Source of the DNA: a phage
NCBI GenBank assembly: GCA_014685065.1
Contig: GCA_014685065.1_4092.2
Strand: one strand, 5' to 3'
Length of the DNA: 64,000 nucleotides
Made by a program: the position numbers and the translations under genes. The notes under the pieces are model-generated. The model worked only from the letters and a program-made list of their open reading frames with translations, was not told the DNA's origin and did no database searches. This document shows positions 38,658-46,922 of the stretch, in pieces (within the stretch, counting starts at the first letter, position 1; the number at the start of each line of letters is the position of its first letter).

Positions 38658-39329
38658 ATGAAACTTAATGCACACAGCAAACAATACCTTAAGCACTTTA
38701 AGTACCTCAATAGTATTCAGGCAGAATCAGTTACATCTGCATATACGTATCACCCGAATGTACTAAAGAAACGAAATAAAAAGGAAAAAACCAGTACAAA
38801 TGGAGTTAACGTATCAAAGAACCTTGAATTGTACATGAAGAAAAATAATATAGCTGTTCATTATATGAATATCTATAATACTGATTTAAAAGTATTGAGT
38901 ACTAATACGAGCATGAAGGTACTAAAGAACGCATCCTTCATCATCCATATGCAGTTGGATAATACCCCGTGCACTTTAATGCTATACTTCGGGAATACAT
39001 ACTTCTTCGGGAATTGTAACACCTCCCACGATGTCAATACAGCACAATTCCAAATGGGTGGCATATACAATATGGGTTCAAAAAAAGTACACGAGAATAT
39101 GCACTTCTGGCAAGCACAACGTACAGAAGAAACTAAATCAATTGTAGATTTCCTCAAAGAACTAGAACACAAAGAACTACAGGAAGAAGAACTATTCATG
39201 TACAGTACTGTAATCGATAATCCAGTACTCTATAAAAACGCGTACAATCTGACAAAACATGTACAGGAAATTATCAGTACTAATAAGAAAATGCATCACC
39301 TCATTACGTATATTACAAACTATGTATAA
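38658..39329 (+). CDS. hypothetical protein (223 aa) embedded in array A
   Basis: RBS AAGGAAA; unrelated to the 60-aa paralogs. Confidence 0.55.
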   Translation: MKLNAHSKQYLKHFKYLNSIQAESVTSAYTYHPNVLKKRNKKEKTSTNGVNVSKNLELYMKKNNIAVHYMNIYNTDLKVLSTNTSMKVLKNASFIIHMQLDNTPCTLMLYFGNTYFFGNCNTSHDVNTAQFQMGGIYNMGSKKVHENMHFWQAQRTEETKSIVDFLKELEHKELQEEELFMYSTVIDNPVLYKNAYNLTKHVQEIISTNKKMHHLITYITNYV

Positions 39330-39504
39330 AGAATACTATATCTCTAAACTACCCGTGCAGCAAAAATACTTTGCTGCATACAAAGTTCTTCTCATAACTC
39401 GTGCCGCTCGATCTAACTACATGAATAGCGTAAAACGTGCTATAGAAAATGATGACGCAATGAACCAGTACTATAACATTTTACTACTAATATATAAGTA
39501 CTAA
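39322..39504 (+). CDS. array A paralog
   Basis: MYKEYYISKLP ... YNILLLIYKY; overlaps previous stop. Confidence 0.55.
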   Translation: MYKEYYISKLPVQQKYFAAYKVLLITRAARSNYMNSVKRAIENDDAMNQYYNILLLIYKY

Positions 39505-39514
39505 AGAGAACAAC

Positions 39515-39697
39515 ATGCACAAAGAATACTACAGGGATAAAATACCTATGCATCTCCAGCACCATATACCAACAGAACCAATAGGAATAAAAGATCACGC
39601 AAAGATAATGTTCCAACAATGTACTAAGTACACGCTCATATACGATGATAATCCATATATGCTGTACTACGTAGTAATGCTAACATTCAGGTACTAA
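39515..39697 (+). CDS. array A paralog
   Basis: MHKEYYRDKIP ... VVMLTFRY. Confidence 0.55.
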   Translation: MHKEYYRDKIPMHLQHHIPTEPIGIKDHAKIMFQQCTKYTLIYDDNPYMLYYVVMLTFRY

Positions 39698-39698
39698 T

Positions 39699-39890
39699 AT
39701 GAATAACCACAAAGAATACTACATAGAGAAACTCCCAATGTATCTCCAACACCTTGTACCAACAGAACCATTGGGTATAGAAAAAAACTACGAAAAAGAC
39801 TACTTCATTCAGTGCACTAAATCCTCGATATATATTGAAGACTATAATCGAGTACTGTATCACATCCTTTTACTAATATATAAGTACTAA
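39699..39890 (+). CDS. array A paralog
   Basis: MNNHKEYYIEKLP ... ILLLIYKY. Confidence 0.55.
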   Translation: MNNHKEYYIEKLPMYLQHLVPTEPLGIEKNYEKDYFIQCTKSSIYIEDYNRVLYHILLLIYKY

Positions 39891-39891
39891 T

Positions 39892-40074
39892 ATGCACAAA
39901 GAATACTACACACAATTTCTCCCCAGCATTTTTGAACACTACGCCAGATATAAAGTCCCTCTGGATAACGATTTGGCAGTACTGGGATTCAATAACTGCA
40001 TAGAACGAAGTATAGAAAATAGTAGTAGTTATGACCAGCTATATAACACTATCCTACTTATATTCAGGTACTAA
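39892..40074 (+). CDS. array A paralog
   Basis: MHKEYYTQFLP ... TILLIFRY. Confidence 0.55.
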   Translation: MHKEYYTQFLPSIFEHYARYKVPLDNDLAVLGFNNCIERSIENSSSYDQLYNTILLIFRY

Positions 40075-40075
40075 C

Positions 40076-40264
40076 ATGCATAAAGAATACTACACAAAAT
40101 ATTTCCCAATGTACCTCAGAACTAATCTATTAGATAAACCTCGCGGTATCAATGCACAAAATGATAAAGTGTATTTTACTATGTGCACTAAAGCATGTAT
40201 ACTAGATTTTGACAGCTACCATCGAGTACTGTATCATACCCTGTACCTAGCTTTCGTATTCTAA
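40076..40264 (+). CDS. array A paralog
   Basis: start set to MHKEYYTKYFP (ATG 40076) ... LYLAFVF. Confidence 0.55.
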   Translation: MHKEYYTKYFPMYLRTNLLDKPRGINAQNDKVYFTMCTKACILDFDSYHRVLYHTLYLAFVF

Positions 40265-40273
40265 GAGAACAAT

Positions 40274-40459
40274 ATGCATAAAGAATTCTACTTAAGCCAT
40301 CTGGATCTAAACTCCCAAATGCTTATACCACTAATCCCAATAGATATCAAGGATAAGAAAAATACCGAACAATTCATTTACCATACACAGTGTGCGATCA
40401 CCCCAAATTACATTCCATATGAATTGTACTACATTCTCGCCCTAATATATAGGTACTAA
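40274..40459 (+). CDS. array A paralog
   Basis: MHKEFYLSHL ... ILALIYRY. Confidence 0.55.
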   Translation: MHKEFYLSHLDLNSQMLIPLIPIDIKDKKNTEQFIYHTQCAITPNYIPYELYYILALIYRY

Positions 40460-40460
40460 T

Positions 40461-40646
40461 ATGCATAGAGAATACTACACACAATTTGTTAAAGGGAACT
40501 ACAAACATGCCGTACCCAGAACCCCTTTAAATTCTCATGACCCAAGTACTATATTCTTGTTTAATGACGCAATACGTACAGTACTCAATACTAAAGATGA
40601 AGATGTGCAGTACGTATTCTTACTATTACTTATATACAGACACTAA
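40461..40646 (+). CDS. array A paralog
   Basis: MHREYYTQFV ... LLLLIYRH. Confidence 0.55.
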   Translation: MHREYYTQFVKGNYKHAVPRTPLNSHDPSTIFLFNDAIRTVLNTKDEDVQYVFLLLLIYRH

Positions 40647-40651
40647 CTAAT

Positions 40652-40834
40652 ATGAATAAAGAACATAAAGAATTCTATATAAGAAAACTAACATTCGTCC
40701 CCGTAAGAATATATAAAGAATGCGACCCAAGATTATACCTATGGCACTTCAATGAGTGCATAAAAGATTCTATATACCCTAAGAACTATAAAGAACAATT
40801 GTGCTCAGTACTAACACTAGTACTATCATATTAA
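40652..40834 (+). CDS. array A paralog
   Basis: MNKEHKEFYIRKL ... LTLVLSY. Confidence 0.55.
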   Translation: MNKEHKEFYIRKLTFVPVRIYKECDPRLYLWHFNECIKDSIYPKNYKEQLCSVLTLVLSY

Positions 40835-40849
40835 TTAATAGAGAATACT

Positions 40850-41041
40850 ATGTATAAAAACTTCTATATAAGTAAACTAAAAGAAAATGAACAAGTATGG
40901 ATTAGATCTATAATTCCACTGGCATTTAATAGATATGCATTTAACAGATGTACCGAGATTGCTATAGACCCTTATAATATTAAAGAGAATGTACAGTATA
41001 ATCAGTACTACTATATCTTAATGCTTATATATAGGAAGTAA
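40850..41041 (+). CDS. array A paralog (last member)
   Basis: MYKNFYISKL ... YILMLIYRK. Confidence 0.55.
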   Translation: MYKNFYISKLKENEQVWIRSIIPLAFNRYAFNRCTEIAIDPYNIKENVQYNQYYYILMLIYRK

Positions 41042-41149
41042 TTAAACACAAGTAGACAGGGGAAGCTCCTAGTGAACAACCTTTATGTACAGGCGAATTG
41101 TTAAAATTCAGCCTGGACAAATGCGATCACTAGGATTCTCCCCAGGCTA

Positions 41150-41250
41150 AACCCCGTAATCATAGGTAGTCATAAGTAATCATATATAAACATTTAAGTA
41201 ATCATTTATAATCACTGTAGTGATCAGTAGTGATCAGTAGTGAGTACTAG
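41150..41250. repeat. direct repeats: GTAATCA copies and tandem GTAGTGATCA x3
   Basis: taagtaatcat ... taagtaatcattta ... agtgatcagtagtgatcagtagtgagtact. Confidence 0.6.
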
Positions 41251-41379
41251 AGTACAGGAATGTTCACGTTTAATCAAGAACGTAGCAGTACTGATATGCC
41301 ACTAAGTAGGCAGAGGAAGTCTGCCGTACTTTGTAGTTTCCAAGCTCCTTTTCCATTTTGCAAATTACATCAAATGTAA

Positions 41380-41420
41380 TCAAAAGTAATCAAAAGTAAT
41401 CACGCAATGATTAGTACTGA
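41380..41420. repeat. AAAGTAATCA x3 at 10-bp spacing, plus inverted copy
   Basis: aaatgtaatcaaaagtaatcaaaagtaatcacgcaatgattag; helical-turn periodicity. Confidence 0.6.
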
Positions 41421-41446
41421 ATTATTACTTTCACCTTAATTTCAAT

Positions 41447-41485
41447 TACCCCTTTACCCTTCGGGGTAAAATTCAATTACCCCTT
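41447..41485 (+). repeat. TTCAATTACCCCT direct repeat flanking hairpin TTTACCC-ttcg-GGGTAAA
   Basis: read directly. Confidence 0.5.
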
Positions 41486-41678
41486 GAGGCTCCAGCAAAA
41501 AGTTGGTTAGTACTCCATCCTAAATCTCGATCCTAAAAATTTTGGAGTACCTATGAAATAAAAGTTGGATCTTCGAAAGTTGAAATTTACGTTGGGACAT
41601 ATAGGATTTGTGGGATATAATGAGTTTTGTAGCGATACAGATTATACGATTTCAGTACTGAATAATGAAAGAAAGCTA

Positions 41679-41706
41679 TTGACATTATGATTCAGTACTG
41701 TATAAT
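41679..41706 (+). promoter_or_regulatory. sigma70-like promoter (TTGACA-16-TGTATAAT) inside ORF-free region
   Basis: TTGACA 41679-41684, AGTACTGTATAAT to 41706; no ORF over about 20 codons downstream. Confidence 0.55.
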
Positions 41707-41711
41707 GTTCT

Positions 41712-41820
41712 ACATAGAGAGATGAGTTGCTGCGAACAATTCATTTACTCTACCTCCTGTCGTGAGACAGTACAGAAAAGATAGTTCCTCCTGTGGTGGT
41801 ACATCTTTTTGAACCTCATA
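41712..41820 (+). ncRNA. candidate small non-coding transcript (or 18-codon peptide)
   Basis: starts after promoter at 41679; runs to T-tract CATCTTTTTG about 41803-41812; only ORF is 18 codons. Confidence 0.25.
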
Positions 41821-41890
41821 TGAAAATCGTAATAACAGTACTGATATTAACAGAATGGTGTCAGTACTGATTTTAATCTAAAGCATTATG

Positions 41891-41910
41891 CCACCAGCTT
41901 GTGCTGGTGG
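41891..41910 (+). promoter_or_regulatory. strong stem-loop CCACCAGC-ttgt-GCTGGTGG
   Basis: perfect 8-9 bp GC-rich stem; no T-run. Confidence 0.4.
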
Positions 41911-42075
41911 ATTCCCTCTAACAGTATTCAGTACTACATGATAGTCTTCATCCTCCTACAGTAACAGTGAGGGCTATTGTGGCAGTACTGAATACTCCCT
42001 TTCAAAAGATAGATCTATGGTATAGTACTGACGGATTTTGGGCGTAGTAACCCTAGGTTGAATTTAGACGTAGAG

Positions 42076-42215
42076 ATGTCTAGACCTCCAGATGGCTGGA
42101 AGTAAAGATGGCTATCCCTCTAGGCGGCTGGATGGCTAGATTTCTAGATGGCTGTACTGCTAGACGTTTGGACGGCTAAACGGCTAGATGGTTACACGTC
42201 TGGATGTATAGACGG
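42076..42215. repeat. iteron-like cluster of (A/G)GATGG(C/T)T and GACGGCTAA direct repeats
   Basis: at least 8 copies in about 140 bp with 15-25 bp spacing. Confidence 0.65.
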
Positions 42216-42382
42216 CTAAATCAAAATTTTTATTTTATTTTTTCCAATAGTTCCCCTACCGCGTGGGGATGGTTTCCCCGCAGTATCTGGAGTTAGATTT
42301 TTCTGAATCTGGAATCATTATCCCCGTTTTCGCCTGGTATGTCAACCGTCTGGATGAATAATTTTAAAAAATAATCTAGTAC

Positions 42383-42435
42383 TGAATTTTGGGCGTAACT
42401 ATGCACCCGGTGGGCTTGAGTCTTTCTCGACTTGA
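42383..42435 (+). repeat. repeated element ACTGAATTTTGGGCGTAA...GCACCC...TTTCTCG, copy 1
   Basis: second copy at 42596-42650; shorter third copy near 42028. Confidence 0.55.
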
Positions 42436-42595
42436 TGAAACTATTATACAGTACTGAAAAAATAAAGCAATACCCTAAACGCAAAAAGTTTTAATTAATT
42501 TGCTTGCCATCCTGGGGCGTACTATGGTACTATATTTCAGTACTGAGAAAGTGCTATGACCTGCTAAGGTGCGGGAGTGTATCCTTTTTAAATTT

Positions 42596-42650
42596 ACTGA
42601 ATTTTGGGCGTAATTCCGCACCCCCAGGGGTATCCGCTTTCTCGCGTCTA
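42596..42650 (+). repeat. repeated element, copy 2
   Basis: actgaattttgggcgtaattccgcacccccaggggtatccgctttctcgcg. Confidence 0.55.
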
Positions 42651-42899
42651 TGTAGTAATTATACGCTTTTTCGGTGCTGAGTCAATAGCTAAAAACAAAA
42701 TAATTGAAAATAATTTAACGCGTTTAAACGGCCCGTAAAGCCCTGGTTAGCTGGTGGCGGTGCAAATGTATAGCTTAGGTGTATTAATGCGTTAGAAAGC
42801 GGCTGAGGCCGTTTTATGGTGTATAGTACTGATTCAGTACTGAAAGATAGTTCCCCTATATAGAAAGAAAACTATTTTAAAAGTATTTGTAGAAAGTAC

Positions 42900-42960
42900 T
42901 TGCAAAGTATTGGGAAAGGTGTAGAATGTTTTACATCGAGACGGGGGATACGCTCCCGAC
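42900..42960 (+). promoter_or_regulatory. PeSL-like module: promoter (TTGCAA ... TAGAAT) + leader stem-loop
   Basis: agtacttgcaaagta ... gtagaatgttttacatcgagacgggggatacgctcccg. Confidence 0.55.
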
Positions 42961-42984
42961 TCACTTTTAAAAGAGATTAAAACG

Positions 42985-43347
42985 ATGGCGACTCAAATCA
43001 ATACTATCATGCTTAACCTGGTTTCTTTCCGTGAAGAGATGAAAGATCTTCCCGCTGAGACTGTACGGATTCACATTGCAGCTTATCGGGAATTGATTGC
43101 AATGCTGCCGCTTAAGCGTGAACAGTACGCCGCTACTGCAATGCTGGACGCAATGATACATAAGATGATCCAGACTGATTTAACGATGGCTTATCAGTAC
43201 ATGGGCGAAATGTTTGCAGTGTATAGCAAGCCAGTACCAGGAATGGAAAGTACAGAAGTATTGCACGGCTTAAACTTAAAACAAGATGCATGGGATAATA
43301 TGCCTCGTTTCCTGGTATGGGCTGACAGCGGCAAGATTTACGAATAA
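42985..43347 (+). CDS. hypothetical protein
   Basis: first gene of GC-richer block; RBS AAGAG. Confidence 0.55.
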   Translation: MATQINTIMLNLVSFREEMKDLPAETVRIHIAAYRELIAMLPLKREQYAATAMLDAMIHKMIQTDLTMAYQYMGEMFAVYSKPVPGMESTEVLHGLNLKQDAWDNMPRFLVWADSGKIYE

Positions 43348-43361
43348 GTTTAATAAAGTAC

Positions 43362-43420
43362 TTGCAAACTAAGTTTAAAAGCGTATAATGTTTTACATCA
43401 GGTGGGGAATAGTTCCCCAC
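43362..43420 (+). promoter_or_regulatory. PeSL-like module: TTGCAA-16-TATAAT + stem-loop GTGGGGAATAGTTCCCCAC
   Basis: TTGCAA 43362-43367, TATAAT 43384-43389, hairpin 43402-43420. Confidence 0.65.
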
Positions 43421-43440
43421 TATATAAGAGGATTAAAAAA

Positions 43441-43680
43441 ATGGCTAAATCAAAAATGTTCTTAGGTCACAAAAACAAAACTCAATGGAATGTAAGCCTT
43501 TGGATTAATAACGACGAATCATTATACCGGTTGGCCCAGGACTTTATTGCCGCTAACACTAATCGTAATGATGCGGCCCGTCATATGATGCTATTTTTAG
43601 AACAGACTGGACAAGATAAAACACCGGACGGCTTTAAGTATAGCACTACTGCGATCCGTGCGGCGATGGTTGGAATGTAA
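43441..43680 (+). CDS. hypothetical protein
   Basis: ATG 43441 after GAGGA; track start upstream lies in the hairpin. Confidence 0.55.
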   Translation: MAKSKMFLGHKNKTQWNVSLWINNDESLYRLAQDFIAANTNRNDAARHMMLFLEQTGQDKTPDGFKYSTTAIRAAMVGM

Positions 43681-43762
43681 GAGAATAGATTAAAAGTACT
43701 ATTGCACGGTGATAGTACTTTATAATAGATTTCTTTTATACAACAACGATAGGGGTAACAGC

Positions 43763-44029
43763 ATGAATATTATATACTTTGCAACGCGTGAACTTGCTCG
43801 GATTGCCGCACGCCAGGACGGGGCGACGTTTAAAGATATGGGCGTACAATCTGAACGTGGTAAACGTTGGGCCGTAGTAAAGCAAAGTACAGCCCGATCA
43901 ATTCAGTACTGGCTATCTGCTTTAAAGCGTCCTGATAGTGTATCGCGTCGCGTGGTAGAAATAAAGCACGACCGCAAGGGCAACCGCGTTACTGTGTACA
44001 GTACTAAAAAGATTGCAGTACTTGAATAA
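43763..44029 (+). CDS. hypothetical protein, paralog of 55734 gene
   Basis: FATRELARIAARQDGATFKDMG ... HDRKGNRVTVYS shared with 55734..56129. Confidence 0.55.
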   Translation: MNIIYFATRELARIAARQDGATFKDMGVQSERGKRWAVVKQSTARSIQYWLSALKRPDSVSRRVVEIKHDRKGNRVTVYSTKKIAVLE

Positions 44030-44151
44030 AAGTACTTGACAGTTATCCGGCTTAGTGAGATAATACTTACAAGCCGGACACAAGGCGATAGCCCATAGGG
44101 TGCGGGAGTGTATCTATAGGAAAGTACTAAAAACTATTTTCAAAAAAGTAC

Positions 44152-44179
44152 TTGCAAACTATGTTTAAAGGCGTATAAT
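44152..44179 (+). promoter_or_regulatory. promoter TTGCAA ... TATAAT, upstream of structured element
   Basis: agtacttgcaaactatgtttaaaggcgtataatg. Confidence 0.55.
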
Positions 44180-44180
44180 G

Positions 44181-44262
44181 TTTTACATCAGGACGGGGAA
44201 TGAAATAAGTAACTCCCTGTTAAGTAGTCCAGGAGTAAGACTTACGAAAAACTCCCCTGATA
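44181..44262 (+). ncRNA. structured RNA element, copy A (nested hairpins) between two promoters
   Basis: about 93 percent identical to 54513-54592; stem ACGGGGA/TCCCTGT has G-U where copy B has G-C. Confidence 0.35.
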
Positions 44263-44269
44263 AAATAGT

Positions 44270-44297
44270 TTGACAAAGATTTATAAAAGCGTATAAT
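44270..44297 (+). promoter_or_regulatory. promoter TTGACA-16-TATAAT
   Basis: tttgacaaagatttataaaagcgtataat. Confidence 0.55.
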
Positions 44298-44329
44298 ACT
44301 TACATCAACTAATGAATGAGGGTTACAAA

Positions 44330-44941
44330 ATGAAAACTATCACTACTACTACTTTTGTTATGGCTTTTTCTGAACTGAACGCAGAACAACAAACGGCGGC
44401 TATCGAACTGGTTCGGGATCGGGAACGTGCAAGTGAGGATAATTTCTTTGCTGAGTCAGTACTGGAATACTATAAAGAAACAGTACTGCCAGAATACGGC
44501 ATAGATGAAGCTGAATTGCAATACAGTGGTTTTTGGTCGCAAGGTGACGGTGCATCAATCAGTACTGACCACGTTGACGCTGAGAAGTTTTTACGCAAGG
44601 TTAAGGCGTTAACTAAGTATCGCACTATCCGTCACCTGTTGAACGAAGATGATTTAGAAATGAGTGTAGAACGTTCCCAATCGCGTTATGCACACGAAAA
44701 CACGGTAGGCGGTTGCGTTGATACTCGCTACACTGATTTAACTGTAAAACAGGCTGCATTAGCTGAGGATCTGGAAAACTTACTGACTGATACTATCCGA
44801 GAATTATCTTGTAAGCTGTACCGTGATTTAGAAAATGCTTATGAAGACCAGTTTACTACTGAAAACATTGTAGCACTGATTGAGGGTAACGAATATCAAT
44901 TTAATGTTATCGATGGTGTAGTAGAATCTATCGCATATTAA
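44330..44941 (+). CDS. hypothetical protein
   Basis: ATG 44330 after GAGGG. Confidence 0.55.
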   Translation: MKTITTTTFVMAFSELNAEQQTAAIELVRDRERASEDNFFAESVLEYYKETVLPEYGIDEAELQYSGFWSQGDGASISTDHVDAEKFLRKVKALTKYRTIRHLLNEDDLEMSVERSQSRYAHENTVGGCVDTRYTDLTVKQAALAEDLENLLTDTIRELSCKLYRDLENAYEDQFTTENIVALIEGNEYQFNVIDGVVESIAY

Positions 44942-44999
44942 TTCAGTACTGAATCACTGGCGGGGAATGGTTCCCGCCTATATCCCAGGAGTAAGAGAA

Positions 45000-45236
45000 A
45001 TGATCGAACAAATCAAAACTACAACGCCAAACGTAACGGGTACAGTATCACACTTCATTGGTGACGATTCGCGGGGCGTTCCTTATTGTGCAGTACATGT
45101 AAACCAAAATGGCGACTACTGGCTAACGGTTTACGGTTCTTATTCTTTCGGGCGTAGTGCACACCAAAAGATCCTGGATAAAGTACAGCCAACGGGTAAA
45201 AATATCACCGCTGAGATGTTTTATAAAAAGCACTAA
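45000..45236 (+). CDS. hypothetical protein
   Basis: ATG 45000 after AGGAG; preceded by hairpin GGCGGGGAATGGTTCCCGCC. Confidence 0.5.
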   Translation: MIEQIKTTTPNVTGTVSHFIGDDSRGVPYCAVHVNQNGDYWLTVYGSYSFGRSAHQKILDKVQPTGKNITAEMFYKKH

Positions 45237-45243
45237 AAAGTAC

Positions 45244-45302
45244 TTGCAAAGTAATTAGATTAACGTATAATACTTTATATCGAGAGCGGGAATAGTTCCC
45301 GC
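45244..45302 (+). promoter_or_regulatory. PeSL-like module
   Basis: TTGCAA 45244-45249, TATAAT 45266-45271, hairpin GCGGGAATAGTTCCCGC 45286-45302. Confidence 0.65.
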
Positions 45303-45321
45303 CTTTAATGAGGATTATCTA

Positions 45322-45606
45322 ATGAGCAAAGTAATTAATAGTAAAGTACTAACTAAAACTTTATCTATAACTGAGTGCACCGATGGTTTTTGGCTGTACG
45401 ATGAAACGCGTGGCATGAATTTAGCTATGCAGGAGAAAACTGCTGATGCGGCATATCTTAAAGCACTGGAATACTACCAGAAGCGTTTAAAGGAAGTAGA
45501 AAACGATTATAATAACCTGAAAGCGAAAGTAGATCATTTTGTCGGTCAATTCGTTGACGATGACGAGGACGGGCACTACTGCGACCGTTGCGGATCTTAC
45601 AATTGA
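45322..45606 (+). CDS. hypothetical protein
   Basis: RBS GAGGA; 94 aa. Confidence 0.55.
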   Translation: MSKVINSKVLTKTLSITECTDGFWLYDETRGMNLAMQEKTADAAYLKALEYYQKRLKEVENDYNNLKAKVDHFVGQFVDDDEDGHYCDRCGSYN

Positions 45607-45623
45607 GTACTGAGGATTATCTA

Positions 45624-45827
45624 ATGAGTGATTTAATTGAACGTATCAAAGAGCTTGAAGAAAAAGAATTGCAGTTGATCGGGTTACGGAATAAAGTATT
45701 CCATGATTTAGGTGGCTTCATTAATGCCTGGGATAGTGGCGATCCTGATGCGTTACCTGCTAACCGCCAGGCGATGATCAATGATGTGCGTGGTGTCTTT
45801 GATTATGTTTTAAAGCAATTAAATTAA
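45624..45827 (+). CDS. hypothetical protein
   Basis: ATG 45624 after GAGGA; leader duplicated from upstream gene. Confidence 0.5.
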   Translation: MSDLIERIKELEEKELQLIGLRNKVFHDLGGFINAWDSGDPDALPANRQAMINDVRGVFDYVLKQLN

Positions 45828-45834
45828 AAAAGTA

Positions 45835-45895
45835 CTTGCAATTAGTTTTTAGTACTGTATAATAGTTTACATCAAGGGGGGAAATGGTTCTCCCC
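45835..45895 (+). promoter_or_regulatory. PeSL-like module
   Basis: TTGCAA 45835-45840, TGTATAAT, hairpin GGGGGGAAATGGTTCTCCCC. Confidence 0.65.
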
Positions 45896-45914
45896 ACTAA
45901 TAAGGAGTTTTACA

Positions 45915-46136
45915 ATGGCTAATATCACTACTCTTTCCCAGCTTGAAGCACTGGTTAAATCTATGCGGGCACATGTTGACAGTATCGGCGTAGAAGATCC
46001 GGCTGTATGTTTTTGTGACGAAATAAATGATGATACGCTCGTCATTGCAGAAGTACAAGACGTTTCTAACTATTCATCGCGTTACACTTGCGGAGTATCA
46101 AAGAAAGGTGATTTCTGTTTATATCTTACTAAGTAA
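45915..46136 (+). CDS. hypothetical protein
   Basis: RBS AAGGAG. Confidence 0.55.
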   Translation: MANITTLSQLEALVKSMRAHVDSIGVEDPAVCFCDEINDDTLVIAEVQDVSNYSSRYTCGVSKKGDFCLYLTK

Positions 46137-46304
46137 TACAGAGGGGATCAATTGATCCCCTTTATATTTTTTGTACTGAATCATTTAATAGACGGATCTA
46201 TGCACCCTGTGGGTTAGTGACTATCTCGTCTTTATGTAAGTATTATGCCAGTACTGGATGCAGTTGTCAAGACTTTTTTTTCAAATACTTTTATATCAAA
46301 GTAC

Positions 46305-46360
46305 TTGATAATAGTTTTTAAATGCGTATAATGTTTTACATCTAATCGGGAATACTCCCT
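46305..46360 (+). promoter_or_regulatory. PeSL-like module (TTGATA ... TATAAT, weak hairpin)
   Basis: agtacttgataatagtttttaaatgcgtataatg. Confidence 0.5.
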
Positions 46361-46382
46361 AGTACTAACAAAGGATATACAA

Positions 46383-46682
46383 ATGAAAACTGCAATCATC
46401 GCCCTGGCTTTATCTGTTTCCTCTTTCGCTGTTAACGCTTCCGTTGATGTACCGAAAGAAAAATTCATTCAGTGCACTGTTGCAATGACTAACGAGGAAA
46501 CGGCTGAGATCGTTACCAAATCCCTGGAACTGGCCCCTGCAATGTTTGCTAATGGCCCGTACCATGAAGAAGATGATCAGGGTAGCACGACCATCTATTA
46601 CGATGCAAAAAGTAAACGCGGTTCTGTCACTGTAATGGATACAGAGAAAGTTACATTCACTGGCGTAATTAATTGTTTATAA
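46383..46682 (+). CDS. secreted hypothetical protein
   Basis: signal peptide MKTAIIALALSVSSFAVNA. Confidence 0.55.
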   Translation: MKTAIIALALSVSSFAVNASVDVPKEKFIQCTVAMTNEETAEIVTKSLELAPAMFANGPYHEEDDQGSTTIYYDAKSKRGSVTVMDTEKVTFTGVINCL

Positions 46683-46695
46683 TATAGTACTGAAT

Positions 46696-46728
46696 CACTA
46701 GCCCACTATAAGCAGTGGGCTTTTTTGT
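46696..46728 (+). terminator. intrinsic terminator
   Basis: AGCCCACT-ataagc-AGTGGGCT + T6. Confidence 0.7.
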
Positions 46729-46780
46729 TTTTGTAGTATTGTAGTACTGGTATACTTTGAAAATAGTTTTAAAAAAGTAG

Positions 46781-46808
46781 TTGACATTACCAGGGAAAAG
46801 CGTAGAAT
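46781..46808 (+). promoter_or_regulatory. promoter TTGACA ... TAGAAT
   Basis: agttgacattaccagggaaaagcgtagaatg. Confidence 0.5.
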
Positions 46809-46922
46809 GTATTACATCAAGACGGGGAACATTAAGTAGACCGCCAGTAAGTCGAATGAAAAACTGGACACGTCAATAAAACTTTGATAAACTAACTTAA
46901 ACTTTAATTGAGGATTTATAAA

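Noticed and set aside
37181-41041. CRISPR-like array, given the regular ~190-bp periodicity
   Set aside because: The repeat units are divergent protein-coding genes with RBSs and conserved codon structure, not identical short direct repeats separated by spacers
41042-42984. Possible tRNA genes in the ORF-free region
   Set aside because: No GTTCRANYC T-arm motif or cloverleaf-compatible segment was seen; the hairpins are better explained as repeats or regulatory structures. A proper tRNA scan is still advisable
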